A DNA stretch of 64,000 nucleotides from Fistulifera solaris (Eukaryota): the NCBI GenBank assembly GCA_030295235.1, contig AP026135.1:310001-374000 (forward strand), read 5' to 3'. The translations under genes were made by a program, and so were the position numbers. The stretch's first letter is position 1. The number at the start of each line of letters is the position of its first letter. This document shows, piece after piece, positions 37,436-51,485 of this stretch. The notes under the pieces are model-generated. The model made no database searches, was not told the DNA's origin, and worked only from the letters and a program-made list of their open reading frames with translations.

Positions 37436-40019
37436 ATGTCGACGTTAAAAGTGCAACTCGGTCGATCTCTAGTGAGAAACTTTCTGCTCAAGATCTTTGT
37501 GCAATTTGGACTAGTTATTATTTGGTTAATAGTTGCAAGTTCTGATTCAAGACTTTACACAGAAGCAAACGGAGGCCAATCCGTTATAACGTCGTTGCCC
37601 ACGCGGGTTACTGGCTTTGGAAGTCGCCGCTATTCGGAGATTTCATCGACTCACACTGCCGAGAAGGAAGGCGTAACTAAGCTTCTGTCACTCTACACCA
37701 ACAGCGATGACAAGGAAAGTATAATTATACACAGCAAGCTGCATAACGCCACGCTAAAAATCTTGCCAGATGGGTCGGTAATTCATGACGACCCGTCGAA
37801 CCCTGTTCCTACCACGAACATAAATGAAAAATGGTCGAACATTATAGGTTTATTTGGTGTTTACAAAGTCCCTTCAGGTCATATTTGGGTGTGGATTGCT
37901 GGCGCAGACTGTATTTATGAAGCGCCATATTTATTGAATCAAACCAGTAACGACGATTCTGATCGGCAATTTGTTCCGTGGTGGAGTCTCTACAGAGTGA
38001 CACAACTTCATTTGACCCATTTGCCATTTTCGAATTATAGCACTGCACATGCTTCAACGAGACACTATCGAGCTCAAGAGCGCGAAGAAAAACGTCAACT
38101 AGCACTCCTGCGACAGGCACTAAAAGATCACGATTGGTATTTTTCTGAGGGACCGGAGGCTGGAGACCTTACGCGACGACTACAAGACTTATTGAGTTCA
38201 CAAAAGGAGCAAATCGACGGCGACGATATCACAAAAGAACTTCCTGACGAGAGATTCTTTTGGAATCAAGCTGTTGTGGATCCCATTGTGGAAAAAAATC
38301 GAGAAGAAAATGTCGAAATCAGTGAAAACAATGTCTATCGGATTCTTCTTGAACACGTCATACCAACAACATCCGCTTTCTGCGGTACTCAAACGAATGT
38401 GTCGGTTGCATCCGACGGTTCTTTCTGCGTTTATGACCAAGTCCTTGTCACAAGAAGGAGCCGCTTCAGGGCAGGGACCCGCTTCACCAGAAGAGGAGCT
38501 GATGCAACTGGTGCCGTTGCTAACTTCGCAGAAACTGAGCAAATATTATTCTTTTGGCATCATTCAGAGGGAAATGTGCGTGTCCTGGACAATGTATGCA
38601 GTCACGTTCAGACTCGGGGCAGTATCCCGCTTCGCTGGAGTAGTCCGACGGATATTAAAACCTATAGACCCAGGGTACGGATTGGGACGAATCCTCTTGC
38701 CCATGCTCGAGCTCTAAGACAACATCTCTTAGACCAAGCGCGATATTTCGCAGCTTTGTGGTCAACCACAACAGACGCACCGGCGAATCCCAGTCTTTTA
38801 CTCGTCAACCTTGTCGATAAAAACAGCGATCAAGGTCGCCTAGGTCGAGCTTTCGACGCTGTTCTCAAAGCGATTCTAGATGTTTACGCGGAACAACCAG
38901 ACCGGACGATACCATGGTTAGCACCTGGATATATCAAACATCTTTGGTTCGACTTTCATGCGGAAGTCAAGGCCGGCGGATGGGAACGCCTTTCGTCACT
39001 TCTTGACGCAATAGCACCAGTTCTAGACCAACACGGATACTTTGAAGCCGTCCCTTTAAACGAAACGCTAACGAACAATCAAACAAGCTCTTCTTTCAAG
39101 GTCAAACGAGTTCAAGCGGGAGTTGTCCGCACGAATTGCATGGATTGTCTTGATCGTACGAACGTCGTACAGAGTCAATTGGCTCGTCACGTCTTGTTCT
39201 CCCAAGTCGCCGGGACCTCAAAAATTCCAGTATCTTACAAAGCTGCATTCCGGAAAAAAACGTCGGCTCTACCATGGTTGACGGGAGAGGTTGCTCACCG
39301 CCTTTTATGGGCGGATAACGCAGATGCGATTTCGCGACTATACGCCGGTACACCTGCTTTAAAAGGTGACTTTACTCGAACGGGAAACGCACCAAAAGGG
39401 AGCTCTCGAAGACGGCATGAATTCCCTCCAGCGTTATTATCTTAATAATTTTCTTGATGCAGATAGACAAGAAGGGATTGATCTATTGACAGGTCATCAC
39501 CCATTCAACAAGCTAGCGAGTCTTCTAGACGATTTTTGCGAGACCCGTTCCACCGAAACGATAGAACCGATTGTAAGCGGCTTTGCGCGGAGCGCCAAGA
39601 ACAATCTTCTGGCGGGATCGTCCAGAACCAAAAGGTTGCCACGTTCATTTGCGGAGAAAACAACGCTGACGGACCTTCCGTTTAAATGGCTCCCGGGTGA
39701 CCTGCAATCACACGTTGCAGTCAACCCACAGAGGCAACAGTCATCGTCCATGAAAACTTCGAGAGCTTTTGCTTTTGAAGGGGTTCATCGAAGAGCAGCG
39801 GAACTTTTGCCTTGGTGGTGTGGTGATGGCGAAAAAGAGGTGTCGTGGATCAGCGTGTCTAGCGATTCTGCTTTAACTGAAGCCGAAATTTCAGCGTTGA
39901 ATAATGCTGGATATTTAATGGGGGCGTTGGCGGTTGGTTTGCACAGGCCACAATCACTCGCCGTCTTAGTGGCACTCTTGGTAGAACTCACAATAATTAT
40001 CTCTGGAACACACCGTTAA
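37436..40019 (+). CDS. SAC1-family phosphoinositide phosphatase
   Basis: ERFFWN, TRRSRFRAGTRF..RGAD..G.VANFAETEQ, QTRGSIPLRW, RTNCMDCLDRTN (CX5R), LYAGTPALKGDFTRTG, RYYLNNFLD; shift ~39385. Confidence 0.92.
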
Positions 40020-40249
40020 TGACTTCAAACCATCAACTTACATTGCTCCTCATTTCCTAAAGACTAAAAATACAATAGCTCGCGGACGGACATCCGTTTG
40101 TGAAGTCGAGCGATAGTGGTGAACTTATGTAATAATGATCCTATTTCAAGTTATATCTGACCTTTGACTGACTATTCATTATTCTTTTCACAAGAGAAAA
40201 ACAGCACAACGCAAATTCCCCCCTCTAACTGCAACCGGGTTCATGACTC

Positions 40250-42600
40250 GCCCTTTAATAGCACTAGTAGCTAGCCTTACTCAAAACGACGCAATTTGAA
40301 ATATTTGTGTTAAAATGAAAATGAACAACGAAAAAATCAGTCCGAATGTAAAATGTTTTTACTGGGAAAAATTATTCCTAATCATTAATTCCTTGTTTCC
40401 TAAAGTCAGGATTTAATTTTGTTATTCGACTCAATTTTCCATTTTTCGTTTTATTTGTTTTGTATTTGTAGATTCCAATCTTGCACTAAGCTCAGTAGGT
40501 TCAAGCTTTAGTGCAAGTAGGGGGGCAAAAGCAAGTTAGGAGCCCGATTTTTCTATAATTTACTAAAAAAGACTTTGTTCTGACATATTAAGTCCGGTAT
40601 CAAACATTTTATCTTAAAAATTATTAGCTTTGCATTCATAAAACGCGACATCACCCACAGATGCTGCCTTCGAAGTGATTATTTTACAAAAATTAATAAT
40701 AAGCCAATAATTTAATCAAGCCTTTTAACCATCAAAAACAACAAATATCCTGGACATGGCAAATAATAACAACACTGGCCTGTAGTTAAAAAAAATCTAT
40801 AACGTTGTCGTAACACGACAAAATAATTGATTCTTTCTACTTTTTTTAGCAAAAAGGTTCGCCCTCGTTCCTTAATTCTCCCATAAAACACAGATAATGT
40901 GTCCGCACCGAAACAACGAAAATAAAAATAAGTAAAACATCCATTTTATCAACAAAGGTTTCATTTTCATCCCCAAAAGGCTTCGGCTTACCTAAACACA
41001 AAACTGAGGAAAAACATTAGGTCCATAGCAAACCTTAAAGACAATCATTGGTCTCTTTCATCGAGCTCAAAGAAACTCCCCAACTGGTTTCGTGCTTCAA
41101 AGTTGTGCGCCAATTTAATAATTTTTATCATCATTTTATATTCGCCGATTGCATCTTTTCTCTTTAACTTTTAAACCATCGACATTAATTCGATCTGCTT
41201 TGGCTGCACCGCTGATTGTATTTGACAAATTAATTCTTATAGTGTGCTTTGCAGTATTTGTTGGTTACTCGTTAAGGTTGCTTTCGGTGAAAATTTTGAT
41301 TCGGTTACCACCAAGCGATTGAAACTATTCACATTTAGAGTCAATAGACGGCTCAAATGCATCAAAACAAACAAGGAGCATATTTATTTCGCAGTGGTGA
41401 AATTTTGTTTTCGTAGGAAAAATTTGAGTTGATAAGAAGCAAGATAAACTTTTTACATTCGGTTCCCTTGAAATTGCTTTCCTTTTTGGCAACAATCGGC
41501 TTTCTTAAAAAAATTTCGATAGCAAGATACACTTTTCATATTCGGTTCCCTAAAAATTGCATACCTTTTCTTGCAAATATCGGCTGTCAGTGGAAAATAT
41601 TGTTCGGTTTTACGAAGCCAAGTTATTCTTTGAAGCATGTATTTATCGCCTTTTTTTACCCTTATTGTGTAAGACTAGCAGAGATTGCCCTTGCATGAAT
41701 TCTCCGTTGTTAAGTTGAGTTTCAAAGAATAGTTATGAGCGTTGTTCTCATTTAATCAAGCCTGCGGCTTTAAGACATATTTAGATCTTTTCCTCAACCA
41801 ACTTGGAATCATCTGACACATTTTGGGATGTTTCTGGATGTGTGTGAGCACCTGCTTATTCTATCCTGATACTTTGAAGCTTCGTCGATATTGGGAAATT
41901 ATTAGAAATTATGAAAAGATATTTTAGTGTTTGCTTTTTTTTTCATCCTAATTTTTTAAAACAATATTTGGATTTTTCTGGAGACACTTTTCACTATGAT
42001 CTTACGTCGTGTTTGCTTGTATCTGACAAAAGTGCTTATGGCCATGAATGATGTTTCCTCTGGATCGCTGAGCATCATGTCAACCGATCCGGTCGAATGT
42101 GATGATGCACGGCCGCATCAAGCCTCGGAAGATTTTTGATGACTTCTTATTCCACTCATGTTATTGCCCTGCTAGCGGTTGTGAAAACTCTTTCCGTGTT
42201 ATGGTTTCATTCTTCATTCATACATTCGCCTTATTGTGAATTTCAGCAACGAAAGCTTACAAGAAGCGCACGCAGCATGTTCCCTTCCTTTGGCAAAAGA
42301 TATAGAACAGCAATTTCGTTTTTTGACCTATTTACTTCTCAATCTTATTTTATTGTTTTCTATGGCTTCTGGTCCTTTGAAGCTTCTATTTCTGAATTAC
42401 TGTACCACATTTAGTAGTAAAATGACAAACCTGCACCGGATTCCCAGTTAGGTGGATTGCGCTTACCGCTTACGTCTTTTAAGCTCTAGTATTCTAGTGC
42501 TTGAAAGCTTCACCGGCCCAACTGGGCTCGTTGGGCATCATCTTTAGTCAAGTCTTTAGTATATATTATTATTCTTAAAGTAGACAAGGAGGCCCATGCC
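40250..42600. other. AT-rich gene-free island
   Basis: Hand counts of six sampled 60-nt lines give 20-30% GC versus 48% in a sampled adjacent coding line; no credible ORF. Confidence 0.8.
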
Positions 42601-42718
42601 CCATGGTTTACTAAAGGCCCAGTACGATTTGTACCAAATTGTCTTCGGAGCGCCTGAACGTGTTTTTTCTCGAAAGGTGAGGCTCGCCTATGCCGAGCTT
42701 TCAGGCACTAGAGAGAGA

Positions 42719-42743
42719 GGTACCGGGTACCGGTACCGGTACC
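42719..42743. repeat. GGTACC tandem array
   Basis: ggtaccgggtaccggtaccggtacc. Confidence 0.85.
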
Positions 42744-42970
42744 AATACACAGTACTATCTATCGATACCCGTACGGTACTGAACCCGACATGGGGCAATA
42801 ATACCATCCTGGTGGACCAATTGGAAGAAAATCCAAAGTTTTTATCTTCTACGCTAATGGACAACGTTTTGTTTCTGCTGGCGCGATTGTGCCGGAGCCG
42901 CCTTTGGAGCCGCTGTCACCGGTCTGTCACCATGGATGAACGCTTATAGCATTTCATTTTGCGTCGCATC

Positions 42971-44949
42971 ATGGAATCGAAGCTGCCTCAAGCTCCATTT
43001 ACGATGGATATAAAAAAAATTCACGACGAGCTTGTGTGTTCGGCTCCCCCTTCTCACATTTCACAGGACGGGCACTTTATTTTTCTCCCGCAGCCGACGC
43101 AGAGGAATAGGATTCAGTTCTTCGAGAGGTCAATTGCACGATTTGGATTATTAAAAGGTTATCTGAACGACTCTGAAGAGGCGCAGGAGGAGAAGCCGGA
43201 CGAACAAAAGCGAGTGCACCCCCTTGCTGGAGCTTCCGCGAGTTTGCAATCGAACGGAGTTAACGAATTGAACCGAGCAATCAATTTAAATACACTTGTG
43301 GCAAGTGATGAGTACTTTGGCCTCTCGAATATTGTAGATCCTTCTCTGGATCAAACAGCCGCCGGAGAACGCACGATAACTAGCAGCGCTAGACCTGAAG
43401 CTAAAAGACCAGCAGAAGCCGCTCCTCAGCTTGAAGCATCTCAGCGTTACAAGGCGTCTTTAATATGGAAAAGTAAAATGCAGCAGTTCCATGATTCATC
43501 AAAGACATTTCAGCGTCACAAGAGGCAATTGATAGATGCCATTGTCGCGCAACAGCAACCAGATCGGAGGTTGCGGCAACTTCGGTCGCAATGGCGTTTG
43601 GTTGCCCCAGAGCATGGAAGCAGAGCATTACCACACGCGGCCCGTGCGACGGAAGTTTTGGCAGCTGATGTCGATGTTCACGGAACTACTTCTGCCGCAC
43701 TGGGTCGTCTCACAAAGAGAATTCCACGCTTCGCTACTGTCGAATTACACGAGAGCTTTCCACTCGAAGAACATGTTCATAAATTGGCAAAAATTGCAGA
43801 ATTAGATATAGAAGAAGGTGGTAGTACAGAAGAAATGATGGATGAATCATCGGGGGCAACATTGGGCGATCCGAAAATTTCAACAAATGAAATTCCGTGG
43901 ACGAGGGCTAAAGCGTTCGCCATTGTCGACCCCACGCTTGGAAAGATAGACGCGGATTTCGATCCGCAAAAAGTTGCTTTGTTGACAGTTCGAGTAGAAA
44001 TCGAGAAAGCCTCTACTGGGTTTTGCCAAAGCGCGCATTTGGAGCCAATGCGCACGATGTCCATGCTCGAGACAGGGTCCCATTCCGGTCAGGATGAGAA
44101 AGTCTTGATTGATCTTCAACACTCTTTATTTTGCGCGAAGCTTTTGAATCGATTCGCCGCGAAGTACTACCTGATACGATCGAGCTCGGACAGGCGCAAG
44201 CTCTTTCCAAGCAGAATAGTGTGTGGTTATCGTGCCAAGCCGACGAGCTTTTTTTAACTCCCCCTTCGATAATGAGTGGCGCCGAGGGAAGTAAATACGA
44301 TCGCCTCAGCGTTGTTCATTGCCACGAGGGTGAAGTAAAAGTGCATTTAGACAGCGAATACACACTATGTGTAAAGCTGGTAGAGGCGCGCGACAGCAAT
44401 AGTATGCAGCTTAGTTCGATTTCTTCCGCCGGTAGTGGCAGTCAAACGGGAGATCAGCTCAAATTACTGTGTCGCACCCTTTTACACCATGCACAGGAGG
44501 CATATCACCTCCACTCTGTTAGCAGTGCCGCAAAGAAACGAAAAGAGGAATATGAGGAGAAAATGAGTGGAGACCCACTGCTTCGGAAAAAGAATATCTC
44601 GGTAGAATCGCCAAGTATCCTTCAGAGTACGGTGGCGTTAGGAGGCAAAGTTTTATTCGAACACCGTATCAGAAAGACCTTGTTGAAAGTGAACCAGCAT
44701 ATCAAAATGAAATGTGGCTCTGGGTTAGGAATTGAATGGCTTCCTCTGTCTCTATTTGATCTGACAGCGCATTTTGTGGTATTCTATGGAGATTTGGTGT
44801 TTGATGCAAATATCGTCGGAAATGAGCTTACAGCGACGCAATTAACTGACGAGTATTATCGCAAAACGAAATTCTATTCTGACACAGAATTTGAACTCTT
44901 TCTTCTAAAGGTGACAGCTAGGCATAACGAAGTGCTCGAAACCGAGTAA
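42971..44949 (+). CDS. Mediator subunit 17-like protein
   Basis: Two long ORFs joined at ~44138; ELNRAINL, LRQLRSQWRL and LQHSLFC..LFESIRRE resemble Med17 (recalled pattern, not searched). Confidence 0.55.
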
Positions 44950-45047
44950 CTGGATTTGGGAATTACAAACGAATTTCTCTTCCTTATCTCTGCTTAGAAT
45001 TAGTCCCTCATAACTTTATTCGGTCTAGGGCTTTCAATTTGTTTAGA

Positions 45048-46029
45048 TTACATAGATGCAGTGTAAGCATCTCGAAGCATCTGTACTATGATAAACATGG
45101 CCACAGTATGACCACCGCAACGTACATAGTAAGCTAAAAACAGTGAAGTTTGAGTGTTGCGTTTTAGGAGACAAACAAGACGTGAGCGCAAAGACTTACG
45201 TAAAAAGCCGTTGTAAAGTGACATGAACCCTTCTTTTCCGGCTATTTTTGTCAGTGTTTGCACAATCGTTTTATACGGCAACTCTCCAGTTCTTGGGTCC
45301 GGCTTCTGACTCGCCATTCGATTCTTACAAGCTTCCAGTGGCATCGTGGCCAATGAGTAGATTAAACCCGAACTCATGGCGGCACAGAACACATTTGAGA
45401 TAGAATTTTTCTGTTGTTTCAACATGTCAGCGTACAAATCTTTGAACTGGTCCAATGTAGCGACTTGAAAGACTCCGACTAGCATAGCACGGGCAACAAA
45501 GGGGTTGCTGCCTTGCCAGAAAGCAGCAATTCCTTCCTCTTTGCAATACGCACTGTGGTGTCTACAACATTTTTGTAATTTCTACGATCTTCCTTAGGAA
45601 GAGTCGAGTCATTTGACATGCGGACAACAGCCACCTCCATGGGGCAGCTGATATACGCAGCAATGCCCCCTGTTAATGCTCCAACGACTACACGGCTCGT
45701 AAAGTCTGTTTTCCCGCGAATCTCGTGCAGTTTATCACGAAAAGTCTCAAAGAGCCCAAATCGACTACTTGCGTAAAAGACCTGTCTCATAACACCCGCT
45801 GATAATCCATCATAAAGACCCATCCATCCCGATTCTGCAATCATGCCAGAGAAAGAAAATTTTCTGCCTGCTGCAGCAGCTAAATTCATGCGTACCGCCA
45901 AGGTGTTTGCAGGATGCACCATGGCCCAGCCCAGCATTCCGCCGAGGCCCGATGTGGCAAAAACGACCGTTTTGCTGAGTTCTTTGCACTCGGAGGCTGA
46001 GTTGCTGAAGATTGTGATGCTTGTGTCAT
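45048..46029 (-). CDS. Mitochondrial carrier, 2-oxoglutarate/malate (dicarboxylate) type
   Basis: HPANTLAVRM, CPMEVAVVRMSND, MPLEACKNRM carrier motifs; RRNYKNV; intron ~45135-45199; shifts ~45960 and ~45540. Confidence 0.9.
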
Positions 46030-46459
46030 CGTTGTCGTACTTTCGTTGGGTTTATAAGCTTATTTAGTGACAACGAAAAAGGCTTCTCATTTGCCCCTAT
46101 GGAAATGAAACGGATGCCCATCGTCTCGATCGGAAGAAAAAGGATCATCGACGGCGCAAAGCTCCGATGCCGGTACCAGGTACCGGTACCGCGAACGCAT
46201 ACATTTATAATTTACGGTACTCATCATCATTACATAGCACGTGTTGATGTCACTCACATTATGCGTCGCCGCGTTCATTGGCTCATTGGTGTCAGGATCC
46301 GCGACGAAATCGGAGAAAGCAAGGGGAAAAAGTAAACAAAACGAAACCGCAATAAATGATTGTTCATCCTTTGGTTCATCTCCGGCAATCTGTTCCTTGA
46401 ATTAGTCTTTAATAGCACACCATTCTCATTTCTAGCAATCACAGAGTGTAGGATTAAGA

Positions 46460-48136
46460 ATGTCAAAGAGAAAGAACGATTTTAACTATATTTCGGTCGC
46501 TCTGTTTGTGATTTCTGCCTCCATTGGCCTGCTTACAAAATTGCGGACGAAAAGCAAAGAATCGACGTCGGACGACCTTGACAGCCCTGTCAGTACTAGA
46601 GGATTAACAACTCTTACACCACCCATTCCGTACCTAAGCAAGTTCTTGACGTGTCTGGAGGTAAGTCAAACAAGTTACAAAGCTCGCTTTCATGATGTAA
46701 TTACAAGTCTTACAAGGTGTCTGGTCCTGCTTTCAGAACCCCTATGACGCGAACGATAATAGCAAAGGATACATTGCCATGTGCGTGGCCGAAAACAAAC
46801 TCATCTTGGATATGTTAGCGGCAAGATTCATGCAGGTTGGGACGGCCACCGCAGCATTTTCGGACTCGGACGTTTATTGCTACAACTCGTTTCTCGGAAT
46901 GCCGGTGGCAAGGGAGGCCGCTGCATACTTTCTCGCGAGGCGGTTCTTATACGATAACGACACTGATCTGACTCCGGAGGAAGCGCTGCGTGCTGTTCAA
47001 CCAAAACATGTGGGCTTGGGGGCGGGAGCCGCTCCTTTGTTAAATTCGCTGTTTTTCGCCTTGGGCAATGCGTCCGACGCATGCTTGATCCCAGCTCCTT
47101 ATTACGCCGCATTCGAAAATGACATGAGTGTCATGGCTGGTATTGTTCCGATTGCAGTGAAACAAAATAACGCTGTAGCGGGGCCCACGAACGCGGAGCT
47201 GGATCTTGCTTATTCGGTTGCTATGACGGTGCGTATTGTGTGATGTGAATCCGTTCTCAATGGTTCGATTAGGCTCATCTTTATTTGCTGCAGAAAGGAC
47301 ACACTCCAAAGTTTGTCCTTCTGTCGAATCCGAATAATCCGCTGGGGACTATTTACCGCGCTGAAGTTTTACAGCGCATTGTTCTATGGGCTAGAAGCAA
47401 AGGCATGCATACAATTATTGACGAAATCTACGCATTATCAACACACCAGGTCCGTTAAATCTTTGTGGTTCTCTTCAATGAAACTATATATCTTGATACT
47501 CATGCTCGTGCGATTGTAAAGGCTAATCATCATTTTCAATCCATCATTCGCGTGTTGAACAATGATCTCGGCAATGATGTACATATGGTTTGGGCATTTT
47601 CTAAGGATTTCGGCGCCAGCGGGATCCGTGCTGGAATTATTTATTCGCAGAACGAGACATTCATAGATGCTTTGTCAACCCTGAACATCTTTTCGTGTGT
47701 CAGTGGTCCTATCCAGTACATGGTTGCCGAACTTCTAACGGATGATGTGTTTGTGACGAACTTTTTAGAAGAGGCCCGGGAACGTATCGTTCATAGCTAC
47801 CGTATCTGCACAGCCAAACTAGACGAAATGGTGCTACCTTACGTGCCAGCGGAGGCTGGGTTATTTGTTTACGTCGATTTTTCTTCGCTCTTGCCGGAGC
47901 ACACGCGTGAGTGGGAGGAAACGCTAAGTGATCTCATATTCGAACAAGCGCGGATAGTTCTCACTCCGGGAACGAATCAACGTGATCCAAAGCCTGGAAT
48001 GTTTCGAATATGCTACACCTGGGTCTCTCCGGAGGTACTGTCAACAGCTATGGAAAGACTTAGCAAGCTAGTAGCCAAGCTAAGACGATTGGATTGGGGT
48101 GACCTAAGCGATAGGAGTTCGATCGGCGTTTTGTAA
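46460..48136 (+). CDS. ACC synthase-like PLP-dependent class I aminotransferase
   Basis: CVAEN, YNSFLG....RE, PAPYYAAF, NPNNPLG, DEIY, SKDFGASGIRAG, PGMFRICY; three introns. Confidence 0.85.
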
Positions 48137-48289
48137 ATATTAAAAGTGAAATGCTAGTAAGGTCTTATGAGAGAACTTCAGCCATTCTGCATTGTCTTTG
48201 TTTCCCTACGTAATCGAATAGTTAAGAAACTACGATAAGGTGATAAGGTGATAGCTAGTGAGTTAGAGTGTATGCGCCTTCAAGTAAAA

Positions 48290-49859
<1,570 letters not shown>

Positions 49860-50156
49860 TTAATTAAATCCTTCGTTCACTTTGGTCGTAACAGAAGTTA
49901 AAACACGCCAAGAGTGATGGTTCGGATTTTTCTTTTTCTTCGTTGTTTTTCGGTGTTCACGCAGAAAATAATTGAAAAACGTGCGTGGCGCTCCCAGAAC
50001 CATTGAGAATCGTGAATGGAACTACTCACTCGTCAGTCACGACTAATTGTTCGACGTGCCATATGGAATATGGAAAACCCAAAACGAATAATGCAGCGCA
50101 ATTTTACGTTCTCCTTGTGTTGAAGCGTTACGGAGTATTATTTACTGGTAAATCAT

Positions 50157-51485
50157 TTAGACAACAACAGCCTCTTGCTCATGTTTGCGTTGCAATTCAT
50201 TCAATAAGACCTGTTCGGCTTGACGGTCAATGTACGAGTTGGAAATATTTGGAAATTGGGCGATGAGCTCAGGCAAGACTGCTCTCAACCCAGTATCGTG
50301 CAACAAATAATCAGCAACCCTCTTGGATTGCCATTCATAAAAGGCCGGAACCCATCCAACAATGGTATCTTCGTAAAGCGGTGGCAAGGCCCTCCATGAG
50401 TCTTGCCCAACGACCATGCCACCACCTCCAAAGACTCGTTCCTCAAATTTCGTCCGTGTCAGACTATAGCGGGGATCATTGCGCACACCGTACAAGAAGG
50501 ATTCGTAACTGCCAATGTAATGATTGAATATGAGAAGTGTTATGTTCGGATAGGTTTGCCGACAAGCTCTTCCTAACGGAAAATGCACCATCATTTCCAC
50601 TTTCTCCAACTCCGGAACAGTGATATATTTCAAGTTCACCAAGCCCTTTGGATTGGGTAAACGCGTCACATATTGGGCTCGGTGTGGAAAACGCAAGGTA
50701 TCAAAATGTAGACTATCTTTACCCAATAATGATGCGGAGGCCGGATTGTACGATACTTGAGTTGAGTTGGGCTCGTCCAAGACCGGCACGTAATGGTACC
50801 GCCAAAAAACGGTACAGGCTCGACCATATCCATTCGATTGACGGAACAAAGTGTTGTTTATTTGCTCTAACTGGTTGAGAAACTTCGTGATATGTCCAGG
50901 TTCGGATGTATTGACCAGATCCGATGAAACAATCTCAGCGTTGATGCGCAAATACTCATCGACATCGGAATGGAGAACGCGCGTGATGTTTTTCGAAGCG
51001 GCAACTTTGGTACATTCTTTCATGAAAATCGGTTGCCGATGAAGGTACACACGGACATCGGTATTGTTACGCGCCATATCGGCTGCCCAGTTCGGGGGAA
51101 GATAATCATCATCGTCCCATTCAATGAATTCAATGACATCTCTCCAACGGTCCAGCAATTTTGTTGCTCGCCCCGTTGCTTTTGGGTCATAAGCAATGAT
51201 TACTGTGCGAAGAGGTAAAGCAAAATAGTGATAGGCGAGCCATTCCGTCAATCGATGATTCTGATCCAATACCAGAATGCATGCCGCAAACGCTTCCTTT
51301 TGTGTATACAAAGGGGGTTTTACTGAAATTTGTGGTTCAATTATCGCCCACGAATCGAGAGTATCATCCAAAAGGTGGTTTGTGGAAAGATGGAGCGTAA
51401 AAGAGCAGAGATTTGATAAACTGAGGGCCGTGACGAAAGTTAGGGCAAAGAAGAAGATACACTTTCTCGCGTTCCAAACTGCCAT
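50157..51485 (-). CDS. Type II membrane glycosyltransferase-like protein (GT92/GT-A-like)
   Basis: N-terminal TM, AACILVLDQNHRLTEWLAYHY, HSDVDEY (DxD), NHYIGSYESF. Confidence 0.7.
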   Translation of the reverse strand: MAVWNARKCIFFFALTFVTALSLSNLCSFTLHLSTNHLLDDTLDSWAIIEPQISVKPPLYTQKEAFAACILVLDQNHRLTEWLAYHYFALPLRTVIIAYDPKATGRATKLLDRWRDVIEFIEWDDDDYLPPNWAADMARNNTDVRVYLHRQPIFMKECTKVAASKNITRVLHSDVDEYLRINAEIVSSDLVNTSEPGHITKFLNQLEQINNTLFRQSNGYGRACTVFWRYHYVPVLDEPNSTQVSYNPASASLLGKDSLHFDTLRFPHRAQYVTRLPNPKGLVNLKYITVPELEKVEMMVHFPLGRACRQTYPNITLLIFNHYIGSYESFLYGVRNDPRYSLTRTKFEERVFGGGGMVVGQDSWRALPPLYEDTIVGWVPAFYEWQSKRVADYLLHDTGLRAVLPELIAQFPNISNSYIDRQAEQVLLNELQRKHEQEAVVV

